Source: Patescibacteria group bacterium (GTDB lineage Bacteria > Patescibacteriota > WWE3 > UBA101185 > UBA10185). Taken from it: a stretch of 64,000 nucleotides of DNA. The notes under the pieces are model-generated. The model saw only the letters and a list, made by a program, of their open reading frames with translations, did not search any database and had not been told where the DNA came from. This document shows, piece after piece, positions 26,291-36,056 of this stretch. Position numbers and translations under genes: made by a program. How positions within the stretch are numbered: the stretch's first letter is position 1; every line of letters starts with the position of its first letter. The stretch spans positions 29,232 to 93,231 of the forward strand of contig JBHPFT010000001.1 in NCBI GenBank assembly GCA_042571445.1, written 5' to 3'.

Positions 26291-26298
26291 AATTAAAA

Positions 26299-27477
26299 AT
26301 GGCAGATTTTGTTAGAAGTAAAGAACACGTAAATATCGGTACTATTGGTCATGTTGACCATGGTAAAACAACCTTAACATCAGCAATAACTAAGGTGCTT
26401 GCTGACAAAGGGATGGCCGAGTTTTTAGCTTTTGAGAATATTGATAAAGCCCCTGAGGAAAAAGAAAGAGGAATTACAATCAATATTACTCACGTTGAGT
26501 ATGAAACAGAAAAGAGACATTATGCTCACATTGATGCACCAGGTCACAGAGACTACATCAAGAACATGATCACAGGTGCAGCTCAAATGGATGGAGCAAT
26601 CTTAGTTGTTTCTGCTCCAGATGGTCCTATGCCTCAAACAAGAGAGCATATATTACTTGCAAAGCAGGTAAACGTACCATCAATGGTAGTTTTTCTTAAC
26701 AAGACAGACATGGTCGATGACGCAGAATTATTGGATCTTGTCGAACTTGAGATTAGAGAATTACTAACCAAGTATGGATTTGATGGAGATAACATCCCGA
26801 TCATTAAAGGTTCAGCACTTAAGGCCTTAGAAGGTGATGCTGAAGCTGTAAAAAGCATCGAAGAGCTAATGGCTGCAGTTGATGAGCACATTCCAACTCC
26901 CGAAAGAGAGCTTGATAAGCCTTTCTTAATGTCTGTTGAGGACGTATTCACAATTTCTGGTAGAGGTACAGTTGTTACCGGAAGAGTGGAAAGAGGGAAG
27001 ATAGCCTTAAATGATGCAATTGAGATAGTTGGAATTAGAGATACTCAAAAATCAATTGTTACTGGTGTTGAGATGTTCAGAAAGTCAATGAAGGAAGCTC
27101 AAGCTGGTGATAACGTTGGAATTCTCTTGAGAGGAATTGAAAGAACTGATGTTGAAAGAGGTCAGGTACTAGCTGCACCAGGATCAGTTCAACCTCATAC
27201 AGAGTTTGAGGCTGAAGTTGTTGTTTTGTCAAAAGAAGAGGGTGGAAGACATAAGCCATTCTTCACAGGTTACAGACCACAATTTTATGTTAGAACCACA
27301 GACGTTACTGGAGAGGTAACTCTTCCAGATGGTGTTGAGATGGTTATGCCTGGTGACAACGTTAAAATGACTGTTAAGCTTATTACGCCAGTTGCTATCG
27401 AAGATGGCATGAGATTTGCTATCAGAGAAGGTGGTAACACTGTTGGTGCTGGAGTTGTAAGTAAGGTTATTAAATAA
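26299..27477 (+). CDS. tuf: elongation factor Tu
   Basis: [38 protein letters not shown]. Confidence 0.99.
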   Translation: MADFVRSKEHVNIGTIGHVDHGKTTLTSAITKVLADKGMAEFLAFENIDKAPEEKERGITINITHVEYETEKRHYAHIDAPGHRDYIKNMITGAAQMDGAILVVSAPDGPMPQTREHILLAKQVNVPSMVVFLNKTDMVDDAELLDLVELEIRELLTKYGFDGDNIPIIKGSALKALEGDAEAVKSIEELMAAVDEHIPTPERELDKPFLMSVEDVFTISGRGTVVTGRVERGKIALNDAIEIVGIRDTQKSIVTGVEMFRKSMKEAQAGDNVGILLRGIERTDVERGQVLAAPGSVQPHTEFEAEVVVLSKEEGGRHKPFFTGYRPQFYVRTTDVTGEVTLPDGVEMVMPGDNVKMTVKLITPVAIEDGMRFAIREGGNTVGAGVVSKVIK

Positions 27478-27490
27478 CAGATGGAAAAAC

Positions 27491-27521
27491 TGAGAAAACC
27501 CCGCTAGTCGGGGTTTTTTCA
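27491..27521 (+). terminator. intrinsic terminator after tuf
   Basis: TGAGAAAACCCCG-ctagt-CGGGGTTTTTTCA hairpin with U-tract. Confidence 0.85.
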
Positions 27522-27529
27522 TTAAGATC

Positions 27530-27850
27530 ATGGCAAAAGGAAGTAAAGACAGCAAGATAAGAATAAAACTTAAATCCTATGATAGTAGGATAGTTGATCT
27601 TAGTTGTTCAAAAATTGTTGATACAGCAGTAAGAACAGGGGCAACGATAGTAGGGCCAGTACCACTACCTACAAGAATAGAAAGATTCACAGTGATTAGA
27701 GGCCCACACATTGACAATAGATCAAGAGAGCAGTTTGAGTTAAGAACCCATAAAAGGGTTATAGACGTGTTGAATCCAACATCCTCAACTATTGAAACGT
27801 TGAGTAAGCTGAGCCTGCCTGCAGGTGTTGGAATTTCAATAAAAATGTAG
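27530..27850 (+). CDS. rpsJ: 30S ribosomal protein S10
   Basis: [29 protein letters not shown]. Confidence 0.98.
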   Translation: MAKGSKDSKIRIKLKSYDSRIVDLSCSKIVDTAVRTGATIVGPVPLPTRIERFTVIRGPHIDNRSREQFELRTHKRVIDVLNPTSSTIETLSKLSLPAGVGISIKM

Positions 27851-27913
27851 TATTCTACAAGGGTTTTGATAAATTTAATGATAAATTTAGTTACATAACT
27901 AATAATTTATAAA

Positions 27914-27960
27914 CAAGGGGTTATTCGAGGCAGGGCGCCCTTGGGCGCTAATTTTTATTT
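27914..27960 (+). promoter_or_regulatory. possible attenuator/r-protein leader before rplC
   Basis: GCGCC-cttg-GGCGC hairpin followed by TAATTTTTATTT; mutually exclusive alternative CAAGGG(27914)/CCCTTG(27938). Confidence 0.4.
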
Positions 27961-27964
27961 AAAA

Positions 27965-28414
27965 ATGGACAACAAGACAATAAAAGGAAAAAAACTGAAT
28001 ATGAGCCAAGTTTTTGGTGAAAACGGTAAAGTGATACCAGTCACTGTTATTGGTGTTGATGAGAAAGTTGATCCATCTTTAGAGGGAGTAGACGTTGTTG
28101 TGATAGGAAAATCAAAAGGTAAGGGGTTTACTGGTGTTATGAAAAGATGGGGATTTAAAGGTGGTCCTGCAACAAGAGGACAAGGAATTACTTCAAGAAC
28201 ACCAGGGTCAATTGGAAGCCAAACCCCTGGTAGAGTTTATAAAGGGAAGAAAATGGCTGGTAGAAAAGGAAACGTTAGGGTAACCATTAAGGGTTTAAAG
28301 ATTGTTAAAGTTGAAGATAATTCAGTTTATGTTTCTGGTCCCGTTCCAGGTGCTAGAAATTCAAAAATTACTCTAGAAGTATTAAGTGGTAAGGAAGAAA
28401 AAGATGAAAGTTAA
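27965..28414 (+). CDS. rplC: 50S ribosomal protein L3, internally shortened (149 aa)
   Basis: [55 protein letters not shown]; ATG at 27965. Confidence 0.95.
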   Translation: MDNKTIKGKKLNMSQVFGENGKVIPVTVIGVDEKVDPSLEGVDVVVIGKSKGKGFTGVMKRWGFKGGPATRGQGITSRTPGSIGSQTPGRVYKGKKMAGRKGNVRVTIKGLKIVKVEDNSVYVSGPVPGARNSKITLEVLSGKEEKDES

Positions 28415-29054
28415 AGTATTAGATACAAAGGGATCAACAATTGAAGAAATCACTTTGAGTGATGATGTATTTGGTATTAAGCCAAATGAAACACTACTTG
28501 CTCAGTATGTAAGGGTGTTTAGTGTAAACCAAAGGCAAGGAACATCTTCAACAAAAACTAGATCAGAAGTATCAGGTGGAGGTAAAAAGCCTTGGAGGCA
28601 AAAAGGAACAGGAAGAGCAAGACACGGATCAATTAGAAGCCCTATTTGGGTTGGTGGTGGAGTTGCTCATGGCCCAAAGCCATACAAACCAAATCTTAAA
28701 ATGCCAAAAAAGATGAGAGCCCTAGCCTTTAAGTCTGCTCTTTCGTCTAAGTTTAAAGATAAAGAAGTTACTATTTTAGATAAAGTTAAGTTTGATAAAC
28801 CAAGTACAAAAACTATGGCTAGTATATTAGAAAAACTTAAGATTAGTGGTAGTACTCTTCTAGTTTGGTTCAAAAAGGATGAAAATCTAGTTAAGAGCGC
28901 ATCTAATATTCCTGGTCTGAGAACCAGGAATTCTAGTAGTTTAAATACGTTTGATGTGCTTAGATCAAAAAATACTATCTTTTTAAAAGATGCAATTCTT
29001 GATGTCGAAAAAAAGTGCTTGGGTAAAAAGGAGACCAAAGATGAGGATAAGTAA
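28404..29054 (+). CDS. rplD: 50S ribosomal protein L4
   Basis: [37 protein letters not shown]. Confidence 0.98.
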   Translation: MKVKVLDTKGSTIEEITLSDDVFGIKPNETLLAQYVRVFSVNQRQGTSSTKTRSEVSGGGKKPWRQKGTGRARHGSIRSPIWVGGGVAHGPKPYKPNLKMPKKMRALAFKSALSSKFKDKEVTILDKVKFDKPSTKTMASILEKLKISGSTLLVWFKKDENLVKSASNIPGLRTRNSSSLNTFDVLRSKNTIFLKDAILDVEKKCLGKKETKDEDK

Positions 29055-29334
29055 AATAATAATAAAACCAATAGTTACAGAAAAAACTACTCTTTTAGCA
29101 GCTAGTGAGAACAGATATGTATTTGCAGTTGATGTTAAAGCCAGTAAGGAAGACATTAAAAAAGAGTTGAAGAAGCTCTTTAATGTTGATGTAGTTGATA
29201 TCAGAACAATGGTTATGCCCGGTAAGAAGAAAAGAATCATGAAAACAAGAAGTTTTACAAAAACAAGTAAGTGGAAAAAGGCCATAGTTAGGTTAAAAAA
29301 AGATCAGAAGATAGATCTTTTTCCAAAGGAATAA
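29041..29334 (+). CDS. rplW: 50S ribosomal protein L23
   Basis: IIKPIVTEK, WKKAIVRL; ATG at 29041. Confidence 0.95.
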   Translation: MRISKIIIKPIVTEKTTLLAASENRYVFAVDVKASKEDIKKELKKLFNVDVVDIRTMVMPGKKKRIMKTRSFTKTSKWKKAIVRLKKDQKIDLFPKE

Positions 29335-29337
29335 CAA

Positions 29338-30162
29338 ATGATTAAAACATATAAACCTACAAGTGAAGGATTAAGAAGAAGAAAGACCCTAGTTAAAGAG
29401 GTCTCTAGAGGTCGTCCCCTAAAAAAACTAACAAAGGGAATAGCTGGTCCTTCTGGAAGAGGTAATGGAAGGGTTTCTGTTAGACATAAGCAAAGAGGTG
29501 CAAAAAAACTTTATAGAACTATTGATTTCAAAAGAGATAAAAGAGATATTCCTGGAAAGGTAGTTGATATACAAGATGATCCAAACAGAGGTTGTAATAT
29601 TGCCTTAATAAATTATCCTGATGGAGAAAAGAGATACATTTTAGCACCTGAGGGGTTAAAAGCTGGGTCCTCCGTGGTTTCTGGTGAAAAAGCTTCTTTT
29701 GATGTTGGTAACGCTCTTCCTCTCTCTAGAATTCCTCTTAGCATGCCTGTCCATAATATTGAGACTAACCCTGGTGCAGGAGGAGCACTTGTTAGAGGTG
29801 CTGGAAATACTGCTCTTATAGTTGCAAAGGAAGGTAATTATGTTAATGTTAGGCTTCCAAGTGGCGAAGTTAAGAAGTTTCTTGGAAACTGCTACGCAAC
29901 TATTGGTTCTTTAAGTAATCCTGATAGAAGAAATGTTAGACTTGGAAAAGCTGGTAGAAAGAGGTATCTTGGGTCTCGACCATCAGTTAGAGGTGTTGCT
30001 ATGAATGATCCTAAAAAGGACCATCCTCATGCTGGAAAATATAAAACTAGTGGTATTGGAATGTCTTCACCAAAGACTCCATGGGGTAAAAAAGCTCGTG
30101 GTGTGAGAACAAGAAAGAGAAAAAGGACTAATCGTACTATAGTTAAGAGTAGGAGAAAATAA
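29338..30162 (+). CDS. rplB: 50S ribosomal protein L2
   Basis: [37 protein letters not shown]. Confidence 0.97.
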   Translation: MIKTYKPTSEGLRRRKTLVKEVSRGRPLKKLTKGIAGPSGRGNGRVSVRHKQRGAKKLYRTIDFKRDKRDIPGKVVDIQDDPNRGCNIALINYPDGEKRYILAPEGLKAGSSVVSGEKASFDVGNALPLSRIPLSMPVHNIETNPGAGGALVRGAGNTALIVAKEGNYVNVRLPSGEVKKFLGNCYATIGSLSNPDRRNVRLGKAGRKRYLGSRPSVRGVAMNDPKKDHPHAGKYKTSGIGMSSPKTPWGKKARGVRTRKRKRTNRTIVKSRRK

Positions 30163-30163
30163 T

Positions 30164-30439
30164 ATGTCTAGATCACTTAAAAAAGGAATATTTGTAGATG
30201 AAAAGTTAATGAAAAAAGTTAAGAAAGCCTTGGAAACAAAGGATAGAACTCCTATTAAGACTTGGTCTAGAAGATCAACAGTTGTTCCTGAGATGGTAGG
30301 ACTTACCTTTGGGGTTCATAATGGTAGAAAACATGTAGAAGTATTTATTACTGAGGCTATGGTTGGCCATAAGCTTGGTGAGTTTGCTCCAACAAGAACA
30401 TTTAGAGCACACTCTTCAAAGAAAAGAGAAGAAGAATAA
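30164..30439 (+). CDS. rpsS: 30S ribosomal protein S19
   Basis: [27 protein letters not shown]. Confidence 0.98.
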   Translation: MSRSLKKGIFVDEKLMKKVKKALETKDRTPIKTWSRRSTVVPEMVGLTFGVHNGRKHVEVFITEAMVGHKLGEFAPTRTFRAHSSKKREEE

Positions 30440-30441
30440 CT

Positions 30442-30873
30442 ATGAATAATGAAGTTACAGCAAAACACAGATACGCAAGACTATCGCCTAAGAAAACAGC
30501 GATAGTTATGGATTTGGTAAGAGGGAAGTCCCTTGAAGAAGCTAAGATTATTCTTTCTTTTGATAAAACTAAACCCGCAAAGATAGTTTTAAAGGTTATT
30601 AAGTCCGCAGAAGCTAACGCTTTAAATAAAAATATTGATATCTCAAGTTTGACCTTATCAGAAATTTATGTTTCTCCTGGACCGATGCAAAAAAGATGGA
30701 AGGCCGGATCCAGAGGAAGAGTAGATCCTTTTGTGAGAAGAACAAGTCATATTTATGTTAAGCTCTCAGGTCCTGTGATAGAAACTCCTAAGAAAGCTGA
30801 GCCTAAAAAAGAAGAAAAACCAGTAAAGAAGACTGAGAAAAAGGAAGTTACCAAAAAGGAGGAAAAGAAGTAA
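30442..30873 (+). CDS. rplV: 50S ribosomal protein L22 with Lys/Glu-rich tail
   Basis: RLSPKK, KSAEANA, RRTSHI; canonical position. Confidence 0.95.
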   Translation: MNNEVTAKHRYARLSPKKTAIVMDLVRGKSLEEAKIILSFDKTKPAKIVLKVIKSAEANALNKNIDISSLTLSEIYVSPGPMQKRWKAGSRGRVDPFVRRTSHIYVKLSGPVIETPKKAEPKKEEKPVKKTEKKEVTKKEEKK

Positions 30874-31508
30874 TGGGACAAAAGATTAATCCACTCGGGT
30901 TCAGGCTCGGAATATCTAAGGATTGGTCATCCAGATGGTTTGCTGGTAAGAATCAGTATGCCGATTTAGTATTTGAAGATCAAAAGATAAGAAAACTTAT
31001 TGAAGATAAACTTAGTATTGCTGGTCTTAAGGATGTTGACATTGAAAGAACTGAAAGTGAGGTAAGCATATTGATTAAGGTTTCAAAACCAGGTGTTGTT
31101 ATTGGTAAAGGTGGTACAGGCGTTGAAGAGTTGGAAAAAGAGATTAAAAAGATAACTAAAGGCAAAAAAATTAAGATTACTGCAGAAGGAACTAACTCTC
31201 CAGAGACAGAAGCTAGGCTTGTTGCTGACTACATTGGTAGACAGCTTAAAAGGAGAATTCCCTATCGTAGGGTTGCTAATTTTGCACTTCACTCCGCTAT
31301 TGATAAGGGCGCAAAAGGGATAAAAATTCAGCTCTCTGGTGTTTTAAGTGGAAGTAACACAGTTTCTAGAACTGAGAAGTTCAAAGAAGGGGCTGTTCCT
31401 CTTCAGACATTAAGAGCCGATATTGATTATGCAAGTGTTCCTTGCCAACTTCTTTATGGAACTATTGGTGTAAAAGTTTGGATATATAAAGGAGAAAAGG
31501 AGATTTAA
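30873..31508 (+). CDS. rpsC: 30S ribosomal protein S3
   Basis: [40 protein letters not shown]. Confidence 0.98.
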   Translation: MGQKINPLGFRLGISKDWSSRWFAGKNQYADLVFEDQKIRKLIEDKLSIAGLKDVDIERTESEVSILIKVSKPGVVIGKGGTGVEELEKEIKKITKGKKIKITAEGTNSPETEARLVADYIGRQLKRRIPYRRVANFALHSAIDKGAKGIKIQLSGVLSGSNTVSRTEKFKEGAVPLQTLRADIDYASVPCQLLYGTIGVKVWIYKGEKEI

Positions 31509-31510
31509 TA

Positions 31511-31921
31511 ATGTTATTAATGCCTCGAAAAGTAAAATTTAGGAAACAGCAAAGAGGAACTAACAGAGGCAAAGCTGTGAGAGGAAGTACACTTGCTTTT
31601 GGTGACTATGGTCTTAAAGCTACAGATAGAATTTTACTAACTTCAAGACAGATTGAGGCTGCTAGAAAAGCTGTTATGCATGAAACAAAAAGAGGTGGAA
31701 AGCTCTGGATAAGAGTATTTCCAGATAAGTCTATATCTAAAAAAGCTGCTGAAACAAGAATGGGAAGTGGCAAAGCACCAACAGACCACTATGCTGCAAC
31801 TGTAAAGCCTGGGAAGATTATTTTTGAGCTTGCTGGTGTAACTGATGAGGTTGCTAAAAAAGCTTTTCACAAGGCTGCTGCCAAGTTACCAGTAAAAACT
31901 AAGATTATTAAAAAGGACTGA
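31511..31921 (+). CDS. rplP: 50S ribosomal protein L16
   Basis: [28 protein letters not shown]. Confidence 0.98.
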   Translation: MLLMPRKVKFRKQQRGTNRGKAVRGSTLAFGDYGLKATDRILLTSRQIEAARKAVMHETKRGGKLWIRVFPDKSISKKAAETRMGSGKAPTDHYAATVKPGKIIFELAGVTDEVAKKAFHKAAAKLPVKTKIIKKD

Positions 31922-31922
31922 C

Positions 31923-32138
31923 ATGAAAATAGAAGACTTAAAGAAAAAATCAAAATCTGAATTACACAAAGCTTTAAAAGAAGCCAGAGGAAACCTTAGT
32001 AAGTTAAAGATCGAGGTTATTGAGAAGAAAGAAAAGAATATTAAAAAGATTGGGATATTAAGAAAAGATATCGCTAGGATAAGGACTATATTAAATGAGA
32101 AAAAAGAGGAGGTAAAAACAAATGCCAAAAAGAATTAA
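31923..32138 (+). CDS. rpmC: 50S ribosomal protein L29
   Basis: LRKDIARIRTILNEK; position between rplP and rpsQ. Confidence 0.92.
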   Translation: MKIEDLKKKSKSELHKALKEARGNLSKLKIEVIEKKEKNIKKIGILRKDIARIRTILNEKKEEVKTNAKKN

Positions 32139-32364
32139 AGGAAAAGTAGTTTCAAATAAAATGCAAAAAACTGTTGTTGTAGCAGTTGATAAAAGAGTTA
32201 GACACCCAATGTATGAAAAAGTACTGAAAAGAACTAGAAGATTTAAAGCAAGAGATGAAATTGGAGTAAAGATGGGAGACCAGGTCGTTATTGAAGAGTG
32301 TAGGCCACTAAGTAAAGAGGTAAGCTTTAAAGTTATTGAGGTTTTAGGTAAGGAGAAGAAATAA
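32122..32364 (+). CDS. rpsQ: 30S ribosomal protein S17
   Basis: GKVVSNKMQKTVVV, HPMY, ECRPLSK. Confidence 0.97.
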   Translation: MPKRIKGKVVSNKMQKTVVVAVDKRVRHPMYEKVLKRTRRFKARDEIGVKMGDQVVIEECRPLSKEVSFKVIEVLGKEKK

Positions 32365-32729
32365 TGGTACCAGTAGGCGCGGTGATAAAACCAGCAGATA
32401 ACTCAGGCGCTCATAAGTTAAAGCTTATTGGAATACCTGGATCGGCTAAAAAGTCAGCAATAATTGGTGATACAGTTACTGTTGTAATCAGCGGTGCTGA
32501 TTCAACTGGTGTTGTTAAAGACCACTCAATAGTAAAGGCAATACTTGTTAGAACCAAGAAAGAGACAAGAAGAAAAGATGGTAGCTACATTAGATTTGAT
32601 GATAACGCTGCTGTGGTTGTTGATAAAGAAGGAAATATGATTGGGAGCAGAGTATTTGGTCCAGTTGCAAGAGAAATTAGAGACAGAGGATATTTGAAAA
32701 TAGTGTCTCTTGCCAAGGAGGTATGGTAA
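32364..32729 (+). CDS. rplN: 50S ribosomal protein L14
   Basis: ADNSGA, RKDGSYIRFDDNAAV, RVFGPVARE. Confidence 0.97.
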   Translation: MVPVGAVIKPADNSGAHKLKLIGIPGSAKKSAIIGDTVTVVISGADSTGVVKDHSIVKAILVRTKKETRRKDGSYIRFDDNAAVVVDKEGNMIGSRVFGPVAREIRDRGYLKIVSLAKEVW

Positions 32730-33040
32730 TGAGGATCAAAAAAGGCGACAAAGTAAAGGTAATAACTGGTAAAGATAAGGGTAAGACCGGTACTATTCTC
32801 ATGGTTCTAGAGGATAGAGGTAAAGTACTTGTTGAAGGTATAAACATGGTCAAAAAGCATGTTAAACCTGGAACTGTTTCTAAAGAAGGTGGGATAGTTA
32901 GTATTGAAAAGCCAATTGATGTCAGTAACGTGATGTTTTTTGATGAGAAGAACAAGCATCCTACAAGAATTGGTTTTAAAGTATCAGATGGGAAAAAGTA
33001 TAGGATTTCAAAAAAGACAGGTGAAATTTTAGATAAATAA
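32729..33040 (+). CDS. rplX: 50S ribosomal protein L24
   Basis: IKKGDKVKVITGKDKGK (KOW), EGINMVKKH, PIDVSNV. Confidence 0.97.
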   Translation: MRIKKGDKVKVITGKDKGKTGTILMVLEDRGKVLVEGINMVKKHVKPGTVSKEGGIVSIEKPIDVSNVMFFDEKNKHPTRIGFKVSDGKKYRISKKTGEILDK

Positions 33041-33042
33041 CT

Positions 33043-33582
33043 ATGAACAGAATGAAGGAACAATACATTAAAAAAGTTAGACCAGCTGTTTTAAAGCAGT
33101 TTGGTATGAAAAATATTATGCAAGTATCTCAAATCAAAAAAGTGGTGCTAAATGCTGGTATTGGTTCTTTTATGGATAATAAAGATGCTGTAGAAGGTTT
33201 TGTTCAGGAGCTAAGTGATCTATCGGGACAAAAAGCATATCCTAGAAAGGCAAGGCTTAGTGAGGCAGGTTTTAAGATTAAAAAAGGAGATATAGTTGGA
33301 TACGCTGTAACCTTGAGGGGAGAAAGAATGTGGGCATTTTTAGATAAGTTAATTAATATTGCTTTTCCGAGAATTAGAGATTTTAGAGGATTTAGTGTAG
33401 ACTCCTTTGATAGCAGTGGAAACTACTCAGTAGGTATAAGGGAGCACACAATATTTCCTGAAGTTAATCCTAATACCACAAAAGGTATTAGAAGTATGCA
33501 GGTAAGTATAGTTTTTAATTCTGATGAGAAGGAAATGAATAAATTTGTGTTAAGTGAGCTTGGGTTTCCTTTTAGGGAGTAA
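33043..33582 (+). CDS. rplE: 50S ribosomal protein L5
   Basis: [30 protein letters not shown]. Confidence 0.97.
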   Translation: MNRMKEQYIKKVRPAVLKQFGMKNIMQVSQIKKVVLNAGIGSFMDNKDAVEGFVQELSDLSGQKAYPRKARLSEAGFKIKKGDIVGYAVTLRGERMWAFLDKLINIAFPRIRDFRGFSVDSFDSSGNYSVGIREHTIFPEVNPNTTKGIRSMQVSIVFNSDEKEMNKFVLSELGFPFRE

Positions 33583-33584
33583 AT

Positions 33585-33770
33585 ATGGCAAAAAAGTCAA
33601 TGATAGCAAGACATAAGAAGAAAAAAAGATTTGATGTTAGAGACTATAACAGGTGTTCTTTGTGTGGTAACCCAAGAGGCTATATTAGAAGATTTAAGAT
33701 GTGTAGGAAGTGTTTTAGAGAATTCGCTCACAAGGGCGTGCTTCCTGGAGTTAGAAAGGCAAGCTGGTAA
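33585..33770 (+). CDS. rpsN: 30S ribosomal protein S14, type Z (Zn-binding)
   Basis: 61 aa, RCSLCG...MCRKCFRE...PGVRKASW. Confidence 0.97.
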   Translation: MAKKSMIARHKKKKRFDVRDYNRCSLCGNPRGYIRRFKMCRKCFREFAHKGVLPGVRKASW

Positions 33771-33772
33771 TT

Positions 33773-34171
33773 ATGAGTATGGATAGAATATCAAACATGT
33801 TAAGCTCCATAAAAAATGCCTCTATGGTAAAAAAAGATTTTGTTGAAGTTATTCACTCTAAAGAATGTGAAAACATAGCAAAGGTATTAGAAAAAGGTGG
33901 TTTTGTAGCTGCAGTTAAAGCTTTTAAACCAAAAGAGACAAAGAGAAAAATGTTGAGAATAGATTTAATTAATGAGGAAGGTGAAGCAAAAATACGTAAT
34001 GTTAAAAGAATTTCAAAACCAGGAAAGAGAATATATAGAGGAGTAAGTCAGTTGAAGCCTGTTCAAAGTGGCTTTGGTCTTTTGGTTGTTTCTACATCCA
34101 GAGGAGTAATGTCTGGGAGTGAGGCTAAAAAGAAAAAGCTAGGTGGAGAAGTTTTATTTGAGGTTTACTAA
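33773..34171 (+). CDS. rpsH: 30S ribosomal protein S8
   Basis: RISKPGKRIY, STSRGVM, LGGEVL. Confidence 0.96.
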   Translation: MSMDRISNMLSSIKNASMVKKDFVEVIHSKECENIAKVLEKGGFVAAVKAFKPKETKRKMLRIDLINEEGEAKIRNVKRISKPGKRIYRGVSQLKPVQSGFGLLVVSTSRGVMSGSEAKKKKLGGEVLFEVY

Positions 34172-34173
34172 AG

Positions 34174-34737
34174 ATGAGTAGAATAGGAAAAGCGCCAATT
34201 GATATACCAGAAGGAGTAACCGTTGAAATTTCGGGTACTAAGGTTGTTGTTAAGGGCCTAAAAGGTGAGCTAGCTCAGGATATTAGGCATGAGATAAAAG
34301 TTGAGGTAAAAGATGGGCAAGTGTTAGTTAGCATGGAAAAAGATATTAAAAAAGCACCTGCTTTTTGGGGTTTAACAAGAGCTTTGATTGCAAATATGGT
34401 AAAAGGTGTGACTGAAGGATTTGAAAAAAAGTTAGAATTGGTTGGAGTAGGGTATAGGGTAAAGCAGGTATCAAACGACACTATTGAGATGACTTTGGGT
34501 TTTTCACACCCTGTTAAGTATAAGGCTCCAGAAGGTGTTGAAATTAAGGTTGAAGATGAGAAAAACATTACAATTATGGGTGCTAACAAACAACTTGTTG
34601 GTTTAGCAGCTGCAAATATTAGAAAACTTAGAAAGCCAGAACCATATAAGGGTAAAGGTGTTAGATACAAAGGCGAGGTTGTGAAAAAGAAAGCTGGTAA
34701 AGCAGGAAAAGTTGGTGCAGGAGGGGTAGGAGCATAA
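34174..34737 (+). CDS. rplF: 50S ribosomal protein L6
   Basis: [32 protein letters not shown]. Confidence 0.98.
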   Translation: MSRIGKAPIDIPEGVTVEISGTKVVVKGLKGELAQDIRHEIKVEVKDGQVLVSMEKDIKKAPAFWGLTRALIANMVKGVTEGFEKKLELVGVGYRVKQVSNDTIEMTLGFSHPVKYKAPEGVEIKVEDEKNITIMGANKQLVGLAAANIRKLRKPEPYKGKGVRYKGEVVKKKAGKAGKVGAGGVGA

Positions 34738-34738
34738 T

Positions 34739-35089
34739 ATGTATCACGTTAAATTACGAAAAACAGGTAAAGAAAAAAGAAAACTTAGAGTTAGAAAGAA
34801 AATCTTTGGTACAGCTGAGAAACCAAGACTTTCTATCTTTAGATCAAATAAAAATATTAGAGCTCAACTAATTGATGACGAGAGTGGAGTGACTCTTGTG
34901 AGTGCTAACACCACTTCTCTTAAAGGGAAAAGTAAGACCGAGATAGCATCTAAAGTTGGTGAGGAATTAGCTAAAAAAGCTTTAGAAAAAAAGATAAAAC
35001 ATGTTGTTTTTGATAGATCTGGATACAGATATCATGGAAGAGTAAAAGCTTTAGCTGATGGTGCCCGTAAAGGAGGATTAAAGTTATGA
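34739..35089 (+). CDS. rplR: 50S ribosomal protein L18
   Basis: [30 protein letters not shown]. Confidence 0.98.
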   Translation: MYHVKLRKTGKEKRKLRVRKKIFGTAEKPRLSIFRSNKNIRAQLIDDESGVTLVSANTTSLKGKSKTEIASKVGEELAKKALEKKIKHVVFDRSGYRYHGRVKALADGARKGGLKL

Positions 35090-35613
35090 CAGAGAAGAAA
35101 ATAAAAGAAAAAGAAGCGCAAAAAAAGCCAGTTAAAAAAGAAGTAAAGGCCCCAAGGAATGGGGATGTGAAGACTTCCGCAAAAATAAGTGAGTTTGAAG
35201 AAAGAGTTTTAGAAATAAGAAGGGTATCAAAGAAGATAAAGGGTGGAAATGCTATTGGATTTACAGCACTAGTGGTAACTGGTGATAAAAGTGGAACCAT
35301 TGGTTATGGATATGGGAAAGCAAGAAGTGTTGCTGCTGCTATCCATAAAGCTATAGCTACTGCAAAAAAGAATAATACCAAGTTAAAAATCAAGGATGGT
35401 ACTATAGCGCATTCTGTGGAAGCCAAGATTGGTGGTGCTAAGGTGCTTTTAAAACCAGCCCCAGAGGGTTCTGGAATTATTGCAGGTGGGTCAGTAAGAG
35501 TAGTAGTAGATCTTGCTGGAATAGAAAATATTTCTTCTAAGATGCTTGGCTCAAATAATAAACTAGCTAATGTTAGGTGTGCAATAAAGGCTTTGAAAAA
35601 ACTTAAGGAGTAA
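35086..35613 (+). CDS. rpsE: 30S ribosomal protein S5
   Basis: [27 protein letters not shown]. Confidence 0.97.
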   Translation: MTEKKIKEKEAQKKPVKKEVKAPRNGDVKTSAKISEFEERVLEIRRVSKKIKGGNAIGFTALVVTGDKSGTIGYGYGKARSVAAAIHKAIATAKKNNTKLKIKDGTIAHSVEAKIGGAKVLLKPAPEGSGIIAGGSVRVVVDLAGIENISSKMLGSNNKLANVRCAIKALKKLKE

Positions 35614-35615
35614 TT

Positions 35616-36056
35616 ATGAATCTATCTAATTTACCAAAAACAACACAAAGGAAGAAAAAAAGACTAGGTAGAGGTTACTCTAGTGGTAAAGGTGGCCACA
35701 CCGTAGGTAGAGGTACTAAAGGTCAGAAGGCTCGAGGCAGTAGAAAGATTCCTTTGGGGTTTGAAGGTGGCCAAATCCCCCTTTACAAAAGGCTACCTCA
35801 GATTGGTGGTTTTAGAAGTCTAAGAATAGGCCGGACAGTAAATATTAATCTGAGGGATCTTAACGTTTTTAGAGCTGGTTCTAAGGTTACACCCCAATCT
35901 TTAGTAGAAAAAAAGATTATAAGAAGAGTACCAAAAGGTGGTGTTAAAATATTAAGTGAAGGAAAACTTGAAAAGAATTTAACTTTATCAGGTTTTACCT
36001 ATTCAAAAACTGCTAAAGAAAAAATTGAAAAATCTGGTTCTAAAATAAATGCTTAA
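35616..36056 (+). CDS. rplO: 50S ribosomal protein L15
   Basis: RLGRG, GRGTKGQKAR, GFEGGQIPLYKRLP. Confidence 0.97.
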   Translation: MNLSNLPKTTQRKKKRLGRGYSSGKGGHTVGRGTKGQKARGSRKIPLGFEGGQIPLYKRLPQIGGFRSLRIGRTVNINLRDLNVFRAGSKVTPQSLVEKKIIRRVPKGGVKILSEGKLEKNLTLSGFTYSKTAKEKIEKSGSKINA

